A DNA stretch of 41,001 nt from a virus (Duplodnaviria > Caudoviricetes). Shown here piece by piece: positions 1 through 7,483 of this stretch (positions are counted from its first letter, which is position 1; each line of letters begins with the position of its first letter). The DNA lies in IMG/VR virus record IMGVR_UViG_3300012942_001467, positions 1 through 41,001 of that record; one strand, 5' to 3'. The notes beneath the pieces are model-generated. The model had not been told where the DNA came from. It saw only the letters and a list, made by a program, of their open reading frames with translations, and searched no databases. The translations under genes were made by a program, and so were the position numbers.

Positions 1-1133
1 TTACGACAGCATGCTGCCGATCGCGTCAGCGGCGATAGCGTGGCTGCTGCGGTCCAGATGCCCGTACCGGTCAACCGTCGTTGTGATCGCCTCATGGCCC
101 AAGTGCGCCTGAATCACCGGCAGCGGCACCCCGGCCTGAATCATCCAACTGGCGCAGGTGTGCCTCATGTCGTGCGGCGTAGGCGATTTCGCTAACACCG
201 ACTTGTCTGGGTTGTTCGCGTCGCTGGCCTGCGCCCTGGCCCGCGACTTGTTCCACACGTTCGTACGCCAGGTGGACAGTCGGATCGGTTCGCCTTTCGT
301 GGTGGTGAACAGCCACTCATGGGTGTAGTCAAGTTGATCCAGAACCGATTTAGGCACATTAATGGTTCGGTTTGACTTCTTCGTTTTAGGCGGCCCCAGT
401 TGGTACCGTGTGCCGTCCTGCTTCCATGCGCGGGCGATCCGCACGGTGCACGCCTCACGGTCAACGTCGCTCGGCTTGAGCGCTACGGCCTCGTTGAACC
501 GGCAACCCGACGCCACCAAAAACTCAACCAAAGGTCGGTAGTGCTCCGAGAACGTGGCTTTGAGGATCTGAAACTCATCGCGGGTCAGGAACACCGTTTG
601 ACGTTCTTCTGTCCTCGGCAACTTTACGCCGTCGCACGGGTTCGCGGGGAGGTGACCGTCCTCGACGGCCTGCTTCAGCGCCCCGGACAGGAACCCGTGC
701 TTGTTCTGCATGGTGCCCGTCTTGGCTCCGGCCTCCTGCATGGCGTTGACCACCCGGCAACGTCGGCGCGGGTCAACTTCCCCAACGGCAGCGCGCCGAG
801 CGCGGGACCGATGTCGTTGCGGACATAGCGCCGATACTCGGTGAGAGTTTTGCGCTCGACGCCCGACAGGTCGTCTATATGCCGACCAAGGAACTCGGCC
901 ACCGTCAGCGACGCCGCGCCGTTGCCCTGTGGTGTGTCTGGGATACCGACTAGCTGCAACGCCCGTTCCGGGCCGTAGGCACCCACCAGGGCACTGAACC
1001 TATCCGCCTGTTTCTGCTCGGGGAACGAGGTTGACGACTGGCGCGATCCCCGACCGCCCATCCGGTATGTCACCGAGAAGTAGGACGTTCCGTCGTTGCG
1101 CTTGCGCTCACGAACAAAGGCCACGCCAGGCAT
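1..1133 (-). pseudogene. int: Tyrosine integrase, split by a 1-bp frameshift near 752
   Basis: The N-terminal part (MPGVAFVRERKR...LGKLTRADVAGW) is in the frame of ORF 675..1394. The catalytic part is ORF 1..753, with SGCRFNE, HDMRH, LGH and Y (TTVDRYGH). One extra G at GGG-TGG-TCA restores ...ADVAGWVNAMQ.... Confidence 0.9.
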
Positions 1134-1146
1134 TCTAGCGTCGAAT

Positions 1147-1166
1147 GTGCTGACGCGGTGCTGACG
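1147..1166. repeat. Tandem GTGCTGACG direct repeat, candidate integrase arm-type sites
   Basis: GTGCTGACG at 1147-1155 and 1158-1166, between the int start and the att core. Confidence 0.55.
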
Positions 1167-1210
1167 TGGCCTCGGCCCGGTCGATTTACCCAACCTGACC
1201 TGCATTAAAT

Positions 1211-1237
1211 TGTGGAGCTGCCGGGAATCGAACCCGG
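1211..1237 (-). mobile_element. att core matching the 3' end of mycobacterial tmRNA (ssrA)
   Basis: The minus strand reads CCGGGTTCGATTCCCGGCAGCTCCACA (T-arm plus 3' acceptor strand), as I recall the mycobacterial tmRNA end. The rest of the tmRNA is absent, and the core lies next to int. Confidence 0.8.
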
Positions 1238-1392
1238 AATAAAGATGGGTTGACCTGCGGAAATGCGGTGGTGAATGGTGGTCCGTGACTTGTCGCGACC
1301 TGGTAAAACCCAGTTGTGTGGTGAAACGTTCACCAAAGCCCCGTGGTTGTCTGACGGCGAGCTGTAACGTCCCGCCTGGAAGGGGAATGAGC

Positions 1393-1551
1393 ATGAGCCA
1401 ACATCATCCCGGCCGTTCGTGGCGCGGGTGCGCAATGTGCAAGCCGCACAAGCGGCGCGGTGCCGGCCATGCGACCAAAGAACCCGTCGCCGTGCTTCGC
1501 CAGCTCGGCAAGAGTCGGCGTTTGTCGCGACACGATCTGGGCCAGCGATGA
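1393..1551 (+). CDS. Small basic protein with CxxCKPHK motif
   Basis: RBS GGAAGGGG; ATGA-coupled to the next gene. Confidence 0.6.
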   Translation: MSQHHPGRSWRGCAMCKPHKRRGAGHATKEPVAVLRQLGKSRRLSRHDLGQR

Positions 1552-1958
1552 GCGCGCACTATTGCCCCCGTTGCGGGTTCGAATCCGAGCGCGACGGCTG
1601 GCGCGATCGGCATCCGGCCGCGGCTGTGTGTGCTGGCGTGTTCGTCGGCCTGCCGGCGCTCTACACCGTCGCTGGGGTGATCCTGGCGTACCCGTGGTTC
1701 TTCATTCCGGTGCTGATCGTTGTCTGCGCGTACGTGGTGTACCGGACGTTGCGTCGGCGCGCGGCCGTCGCGGCCCGGGCGGATCACGAGTATCGGCAGC
1801 AGATGCTCGCCGCGATGACGGCCGACCGCGGCCCGGCGCCGCGTCGGCCCGCGCCCGCGCCGCCGTGGCCGGCCGCCGAGCTGCCCCGGCATGTGATGAA
1901 CCGCTACCCCACGACTCCGATGTCGACCCACCCAATCAGGAAAGGAACCCGATCATGA
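1548..1958 (+). CDS. Membrane protein (N-terminal CPRC, about 2 TM helices)
   Basis: Hydrophobic stretches; ATGA overlaps at both ends. Confidence 0.7.
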   Translation: MSAHYCPRCGFESERDGWRDRHPAAAVCAGVFVGLPALYTVAGVILAYPWFFIPVLIVVCAYVVYRTLRRRAAVAARADHEYRQQMLAAMTADRGPAPRRPAPAPPWPAAELPRHVMNRYPTTPMSTHPIRKGTRS

Positions 1959-2230
1959 AGCGACTACTCGCGGCCGCCACCGCGGCCTGCGCGCTCGGCG
2001 CGGCCGCCGTCGCGGGTGCCAACGCGGCGCACGCCGGCCCGACCTGCCAGTTCCTAGGGCAGAACTACAACGTCGACTACGACTGCCTCGCGCCGCAACC
2101 GTGGCTGCCGTACGGCACCGGGAACAACCCTCCGCTCGGCGGCTCGGCCGTGACGCCCGGCGGCGACGGGCCCAGCGGCGGCTACCACTGGCAGCCGAAA
2201 TCGCCAGCCTGCCCGGCGTGCTCGTCATGA
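1955..2230 (+). CDS. Small secreted Cys-containing protein
   Basis: RBS GAAAGGA; signal peptide MKRLLAAA...AHA. Confidence 0.7.
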   Translation: MKRLLAAATAACALGAAAVAGANAAHAGPTCQFLGQNYNVDYDCLAPQPWLPYGTGNNPPLGGSAVTPGGDGPSGGYHWQPKSPACPACSS

Positions 2231-2529
2231 AGCGCCAGCTCGCCGCGCTCGCGGCCTTCGCCGCCATCGCCGGAGCCGCGCCGGCGCACGCCGACCCGCC
2301 GCCGCCGTGGGAAGACCCGCACATACCCGACCGGTCACACGGCAGTTGCCCGGGCGGCGCCGGCGGCTTCGGCGTCGGCTGGTGCGACGGCATCCCATAC
2401 CCCGATGGCACGTATTGGCACCAGATCACTTGGTCGGGCCAGTACAGCGGCAGCGGCGGCGGCAAGCCGGTGTGCATGGGCCCTGACCACAACCCGGCGC
2501 CGCCCGGCGGGTGCGGCGGCTACGGATAG
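2227..2529 (+). CDS. Small secreted protein with CPGG/WCDG..YPDG motifs (mycobacterial CDGP-like)
   Basis: Signal peptide ending AHA-DP; 4 Cys in the mature part. Confidence 0.7.
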   Translation: MKRQLAALAAFAAIAGAAPAHADPPPPWEDPHIPDRSHGSCPGGAGGFGVGWCDGIPYPDGTYWHQITWSGQYSGSGGGKPVCMGPDHNPAPPGGCGGYG

Positions 2530-2614
2530 TCGCGGCCAACACCAGGAACCGGCGCCCAGCTCGCAAGACTGGTCGCCGTTCTGCGCCGCGGGGCCGGTTG
2601 CTGAAACGCCAAAT

Positions 2615-2654
2615 CGCGCCCGGCCCACCCCTTTTCGAGGGCAGGCCGGGCGCG
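2615..2654. terminator. GC-rich hairpin between convergent operons
   Basis: CGCGCCCGGCC / GGCCGGGCGCG 11-bp stem with inner CCCT/AGGG. Confidence 0.6.
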
Positions 2655-2657
2655 AAG

Positions 2658-2685
2658 TTGACGTGTCGTAGGAGGTTGCTATGGT
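2658..2685 (+). promoter_or_regulatory. Candidate SigA promoter
   Basis: TTGACG-16 bp-TATGGT with an extended -10 TG. Confidence 0.45.
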
Positions 2686-2691
2686 GCGCGG

Positions 2692-2797
2692 GCCGCACCG
2701 GTTGGGGGCGGTTATCCGGGTAGGTAGCGGCCGGGTCGCGCTGGGCGAAAGCCCATACTCCGTCGGGGGACGGCCGGCCCGGCCGCTACCGCATTTT
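2692..2797 (+). ncRNA. Candidate structured small RNA (three-way junction)
   Basis: 13-bp perfect closing stem 2723-2735/2778-2790; TGGGC-GAAA-GCCCA and CCGTC-GGGG-GACGG hairpins; T-tract after the stem. Confidence 0.4.
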
Positions 2798-2805
2798 CGT
2801 GCTCG

Positions 2806-2923
2806 TCAGAACTTGTCGAAAGTCGCCGCGATGCCGGCGATGACGATAGCGGCCAGCCACAACCAGCCAAGCGTGACGGTCGCCGTCGCATGGTCGGCCA
2901 GCTTCGAGATGCGGCCTCTTCAT
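2806..2923 (-). pseudogene. Small single-TM peptide (..RISKLADHATATVTLGWLWLAAIVIAGIAATFDKF), out of frame with its ATG by 1 bp
   Basis: GC3-rich codons at 2806-2919. The ATG at 2923 overlaps the upstream TGA but lies in another frame. Confidence 0.45.
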
Positions 2924-3444
2924 CGCGCCGCGTTCGTGATCGCGTCGGGATTGCCGACGTCGGGGTTCGTCACGGCCGGCGTGATGCCGGCCGGCGGTGG
3001 CGCGAGTAGTGTGCCCGGGTCGTCGGCGGCCGCCGGCGCCGCTTCGGCTTTCGGCTTGCACGGCTTCGGCACGAGGTGGTCGTTCCACGCGCCCGGCGGG
3101 TTCGGCCAGTCGGCCACGGCGCCGTCGGGGCAGAAGTAGTCGCATTGCCCGCCGCCGCCGCCGGCCGCGACGCCGACCGTTGCGTGCGCGCCGCCGATCG
3201 AGCCGCCGAGTGTGTAATCGCCCCACGCACACCTGTGGTGCGAGCCGTTTTCTTCCGGCGGCCCTTCGCAATACCCGCCGGACGCTTGGCCGAGCACCGG
3301 GTCGACGACAACCGAAACGCCCCTGAACGGGTACTCGCACGGCGACTGCCCGGGGTCTCCGGGACTGGCCGACGCCGCGCCAGCACACCACGCCGCTTGC
3401 AACGCCAACACCACGAGCGACAGCGCGGCCGCGCGGCGCATCAT
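2920..3444 (-). CDS. Secreted Cys-rich protein with CEGP motif and Pro/Ala-rich tail
   Basis: Signal peptide MMRRAAALSLVVLAL...ASA; ATGA-coupled. Confidence 0.7.
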   Translation of the reverse strand: MMRRAAALSLVVLALQAAWCAGAASASPGDPGQSPCEYPFRGVSVVVDPVLGQASGGYCEGPPEENGSHHRCAWGDYTLGGSIGGAHATVGVAAGGGGGQCDYFCPDGAVADWPNPPGAWNDHLVPKPCKPKAEAAPAAADDPGTLLAPPPAGITPAVTNPDVGNPDAITNAAR

Positions 3445-3812
3445 TGTCCCTCGTAGAGAAGGCTGCGGGCGGTGCGGATTTCGCGGCGAATCTGGTCGAC
3501 CTCGCTGCCGGCCAGCCGAGCTTGCCATGTCTGGCCGCCGTCGTCGGTCTGCAACTTCACCAACATGCCCTCGAAAGCGTCGATGAGCAGGAACGATGAG
3601 CGGCGCAAGTCTTTGATGCTCTTGTTCAACGCGGTGGTTTGCTCTTTACGTTCGCTCGACCGGCGGCTCAGCACGAACAGCACCACAGACCAGAACCCTC
3701 CGCTCGTAATCAGCGACACGACGATCGCCGCGGCGAAGCTCGACGACGAACCAGTGTCGGCGGGCCCAGACGCGGACCAGGCCAGAAACGTCGGGATCAA
3801 TGCCGGGATCAT
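3441..3812 (-). CDS. Single-TM membrane protein of the lysis cassette
   Basis: TM helix followed by a coiled-coil-like region; downstream of the holin-like genes. Confidence 0.7.
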   Translation of the reverse strand: MIPALIPTFLAWSASGPADTGSSSSFAAAIVVSLITSGGFWSVVLFVLSRRSSERKEQTTALNKSIKDLRRSSFLLIDAFEGMLVKLQTDDGGQTWQARLAGSEVDQIRREIRTARSLLYEGQ

Positions 3813-4243
3813 TCGGGCGTCCTTTGGCTGGCGCGGTGATGGTTCATCAGGGATGCGCTCAGCGCGATGTTGTGGCCGCCGAGCACCACCATGAACGGGG
3901 CTTCCATGAGCCCCTGGCGGCCAAGAATGCCTTCCGCACCCAGGATGACGCCGGCGGTCCAGAACACGAAGCCGCCCAAGAAGAACAACACCGACAAGAT
4001 GAGCGACGTGCGCCGCCACGCCAGCACGGCGAGCTGGGCGCCGCCGATGCCGCAGCAGCACAAGCCCATGCCGAATCCGTTGTGCGGCAACTGCGGGAAG
4101 TAATGCCAGCTCGGCCCGTACCAGTCGGCCGGCGCTGCGATGAGCACCACGCCGAGCGCGAAGCACATCAGAGCGAAGCTCTGATACACCGGGCCTGACT
4201 CGATGAGCAGCGGAGGTTTGACCTTATCCACGGCCACCGACAC
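3809..4243 (-). CDS. Multi-TM membrane protein (holin-like or lysis accessory)
   Basis: About 4 hydrophobic segments; position in the lysis cassette. Confidence 0.7.
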   Translation of the reverse strand: MSVAVDKVKPPLLIESGPVYQSFALMCFALGVVLIAAPADWYGPSWHYFPQLPHNGFGMGLCCCGIGGAQLAVLAWRRTSLILSVLFFLGGFVFWTAGVILGAEGILGRQGLMEAPFMVVLGGHNIALSASLMNHHRASQRTPE

Positions 4244-4244
4244 C

Positions 4245-4634
4245 CTATGCCGCTTCTTTACGCGGCGCCGGCAGTTTCGCCGGCGTCACGTGGTGCACGT
4301 TGGAGGCCGCCACACCGGAGCTGGCGATCGACGTCAGCACCGCAGCCACGACCGCCGCGACGACGTTGTTCGCGCCGCCGAGGCCGACTAAGAGTGCTTG
4401 CACGGGTGCCACGAGCCCGAACAGCCATGTGCGCCAGCCGTTCGGCGCGAACACGGCGGCCAGCGCGGGCCCGAAGAACGCGACGCCGACGGCCGACCAC
4501 AGCGCGGCGTGGTCCTGTGACAGCTTGCCGGCGGTGACCAGCGCGCCGAGCACTGCGGGCACGGCCGCATAGATGACGGCGCGGACGGTGTTGAACGCGG
4601 GACTTGTTGCCCACGCCTTGAGCTTTGCGAGCAT
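4245..4634 (-). CDS. Holin
   Basis: About 4 TM helices, basic C-terminus, directly after lysB, strong RBS GAAAGGA. Confidence 0.75.
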   Translation of the reverse strand: MLAKLKAWATSPAFNTVRAVIYAAVPAVLGALVTAGKLSQDHAALWSAVGVAFFGPALAAVFAPNGWRTWLFGLVAPVQALLVGLGGANNVVAAVVAAVLTSIASSGVAASNVHHVTPAKLPAPRKEAA

Positions 4635-4664
4635 GTCGGTGCTGTTCCTTTCGTGGTGGTGGTG

Positions 4665-5963
4665 TCAGGTGGCGACTGAGACGCGCGAGCCGTAGTCGTT
4701 CGCGTGCTGCACGCCGAGCTGTAGGTACGTTTGCGGCCCGCTGCCCCACGGGGTGTCGTGGTAGGAGACGTGGCCGCGGATGCCCGAGCCGTAGAACTTG
4801 AGCGCCAAGATGGCTGCTTGCATGTCGGCGGCGATGCCGGGCGGCAGGTTTGACCCGTTGCCGGATATGCCGGCGATGAGCCCTGCGAATGCGGATTCGA
4901 AGACGGGCAACAACAGGCCGGCGAGCCCGGCCGTCAACACTGTCGTGCCGGCGGAGAGCCAGGTCAGGATGCCGCCGAGCTGGCCGGCGCCGAACACGGT
5001 GTTGAGGCCGCCGTCCTTCTCGACGAGCCGCAGCAGGTACGGGATGGCGCGTTGAATGCTGCCGAGCGGGTCGGAAATCGCTGTTTCGAGCACGATTTCT
5101 TCGACGTCGGCCAGCACTTGTCCGGTCGCGCCGAGCGGTGAATTCGTGTACAGGTCAGTCGGATTCGCCAGCCAGCAGATACGCCAGCCGAGTGCGGCGA
5201 TCGCTTCAGGGGTCAGCGTGTAGTACGGCGCCCCGATGCCCTGCCCGTCGGGTATCGGCCCGAGGTAGAAGGTGTGCCCGAACGGGCGCCACGGGTCGGC
5301 CACCATCACCGCGCACACGAACCCCTCGGCGTACTTGTTCAGCGGCCGGCCCGGGGTGAACAGGTCGTTCAACACCATCACCGCGCCCTTGGAGCCGAGC
5401 GAGTACGCGCACAACGAGAACGACGCCGTGGTCGATTCGAGCCAGTCAACGACGAGCTGGTATGCCTGTGCGGCGGCGTCGTTGCCGCTGGGCGCTTCGG
5501 GGTCGGTCGCGGCCGCGACCGGGATGCCGCCCATGCTGGCCGCATAGTCGATCGGGACTTCGTAGTGGGTTGCGCTGGCGGCTTGCGCGATCTGGCTGGT
5601 GTAGTCCTGGCCGATGATGCCGCCGGTGCCGCGAATGGTCAGCATCGCGTGCCGGGGCGGCGGTGGCGGCGGGTACGAGCCGAGCCGGGTTCGGGTGGCC
5701 AGGTTCGCGACGGCGAAGCCGTGCGGGTCGGTGATGACGGGCAGGCCGACGCGCCGGCAGAACTGCTCGACGGCAACGGCTGTCGTGCGGTCGTAGGCGC
5801 CGGTGACGGCGATGCCCGCGTCCCGGGCCCACGTGTACTTGTCGTGCAACTTCTGCTGTAGCAGGGTGATGGCGTTCCAGTTCGGCGCGTTGCGTGGCGT
5901 GTGCGGGTCGTCGACGTCGCCGACGCCGAGCCCGATCCATTTGCCGTTGGCGTCGGTCGCCAT
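4665..5963 (-). CDS. lysB: Lysin B (cutinase-like esterase with N-terminal PG-binding-like domain)
   Basis: TIRGTG, AYSLG nucleophile elbow, ADPWR, DLY, C-terminal GHVSY; start MATDANG coupled to the lysA stop. Confidence 0.85.
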   Translation of the reverse strand: MATDANGKWIGLGVGDVDDPHTPRNAPNWNAITLLQQKLHDKYTWARDAGIAVTGAYDRTTAVAVEQFCRRVGLPVITDPHGFAVANLATRTRLGSYPPPPPPRHAMLTIRGTGGIIGQDYTSQIAQAASATHYEVPIDYAASMGGIPVAAATDPEAPSGNDAAAQAYQLVVDWLESTTASFSLCAYSLGSKGAVMVLNDLFTPGRPLNKYAEGFVCAVMVADPWRPFGHTFYLGPIPDGQGIGAPYYTLTPEAIAALGWRICWLANPTDLYTNSPLGATGQVLADVEEIVLETAISDPLGSIQRAIPYLLRLVEKDGGLNTVFGAGQLGGILTWLSAGTTVLTAGLAGLLLPVFESAFAGLIAGISGNGSNLPPGIAADMQAAILALKFYGSGIRGHVSYHDTPWGSGPQTYLQLGVQHANDYGSRVSVAT

Positions 5964-7483
5964 CAGCGCGCCGGCTTCCGAGCTGGCCGCTTGGCCGGCG
6001 CCTTCTTCACGGGCACCTTCTTGGCCGGTGGTTTCTTCACGGGCGCCTGGGCCGGCTTGTCGTCGGCCGCGGCCGCCGGCGCCGGCGCGGGCGGTGGTGT
6101 GGCGCCCGAGCTGGCCGGCTTGATGCCCCACCGTTCGGCGGCCACGCCGTCGACCAACGACAGCGGCGTGCCGGCGTTGACCTTCGCCTGCAACACGGCG
6201 AGCGCGTTCGGGTCACCGGACAGTTGCGGCCAACCGGTGAACTGCCCGGTCGTCTCGTCGAACGGGCCGAGGAACTGTTCAAGCAGCAGCCGCAACGCCA
6301 CGTCGCCGGCCGGCGCCGGGAACGTGGCCGGCGGCGCCGGCGAACCGGGGTCGGTCGGCGGGGCGGCGGCGTTCGCGATCGCCCAGTACTTCGCCACGGC
6401 CGCGCTCAAGACGTCCCACGGGAACTTGGCGTATGGCGGCCCGTACGGGCCTGTCGGCCCGTCGACGTCGGTGTGGTTGTTGCCGTCTTTCAGGTAGACC
6501 GAGCAATACCGGTGGTCGGCGATGCCAGGCGGGTCGCTGTTGTAGGGCGGGGCAATGACTTTCGGCGGCACGTTGTACTTGATGGCGTCCTGAACCATCA
6601 GGTAGGCCATGACGTCGATCGCGCGGCCGGCGTGTGCAATCCAGTCGGCGCGCTGCCAATACGACTCCGAGCCGGCGATGCAGTAGTTGATCGACCGCAG
6701 ATTCGAGGCGCCGACAGCCCAGGCGGCGTAGTCGGTGTCGACGACGTCGACGACGGTCACGCCGTCGTCTTTCGGGTAGCCGGTGCTGATCGTGTAGTGG
6801 TACGAGCGCGGGTCGTCGGTGTTCTCAGTTGAGCGCAGGAACCATGCCAGGCCGTCGGCGTTATCGGTGTCGCTGCCGTCTTCGGTGTGCGCCAGCAGCA
6901 GGTCGACGGTTGTGCCGCGGCGTGATTCGTTGTTGGTTGACCAGTTCGGGTACTCGTTGAAGTCGGGTCGCGCGGCCTGTAGCGCGGTCAGCCGCGGGTC
7001 GATAGCTGTTGTCACGGTGGTGTTTCCCCCGTTCGTGAGTCGGTTGTACAGCGACACGGCGTCGCCGAATCGCTTGTCGTAGCGGTCTGGATAAGCCGAG
7101 CCCTGGACGTCTTGCGCGAACGTGCCCGGCGAGATGTTCGGGTCGTTGTAGTCGTCGTCGAGGGCAACCAGGTGGTGGAAGAACATCGCCGCCGACATGG
7201 CCGGGTCCATCTCTTCGGCGGTGGTGCCCCACCATTCGATCCGCTGCTGGAACAGGCCGACGCTGTCTTCGTCGTAGCTGTCGGCGTCGTGCGGATACTG
7301 TTCGGATTCAGGGTTGTTCGGGTTGGCGTACATCACGAAGTCGGACTCGACGTACACGGTCGCCAACGCGATCTGAATGCCACGCGGGGTGATGACCGGG
7401 TGGCGCAGCTCGTCGGGGCCGTCGGTGCGCGCCCGCTCGCCTTCGGCGATGATCGCGAGCGCGTAGTCGTCAACGCTGGGCAT
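5963..7483 (-). CDS. lysA: Lysin A: N-terminal lysozyme/transglycosylase-like domain, amidase-2 domain, Lys/Pro-rich tail
   Basis: ATVYVES..SVGLFQQR..WG..MDP; LLAHTE, SYHY, AWAV..N..SIN, ADH, HTD amidase motifs; start MPSVDD. Confidence 0.9.
   Translation of the reverse strand: MPSVDDYALAIIAEGERARTDGPDELRHPVITPRGIQIALATVYVESDFVMYANPNNPESEQYPHDADSYDEDSVGLFQQRIEWWGTTAEEMDPAMSAAMFFHHLVALDDDYNDPNISPGTFAQDVQGSAYPDRYDKRFGDAVSLYNRLTNGGNTTVTTAIDPRLTALQAARPDFNEYPNWSTNNESRRGTTVDLLLAHTEDGSDTDNADGLAWFLRSTENTDDPRSYHYTISTGYPKDDGVTVVDVVDTDYAAWAVGASNLRSINYCIAGSESYWQRADWIAHAGRAIDVMAYLMVQDAIKYNVPPKVIAPPYNSDPPGIADHRYCSVYLKDGNNHTDVDGPTGPYGPPYAKFPWDVLSAAVAKYWAIANAAAPPTDPGSPAPPATFPAPAGDVALRLLLEQFLGPFDETTGQFTGWPQLSGDPNALAVLQAKVNAGTPLSLVDGVAAERWGIKPASSGATPPPAPAPAAAADDKPAQAPVKKPPAKKVPVKKAPAKRPARKPAR

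Noticed and set aside
1211-1237. Intact tRNA or tmRNA gene
   Set aside because: Only the T-arm and 3' acceptor strand are present.
2723-2790. Hammerhead ribozyme or 6C RNA
   Set aside because: It lacks the CUGAnGA core and the paired C-rich loops.
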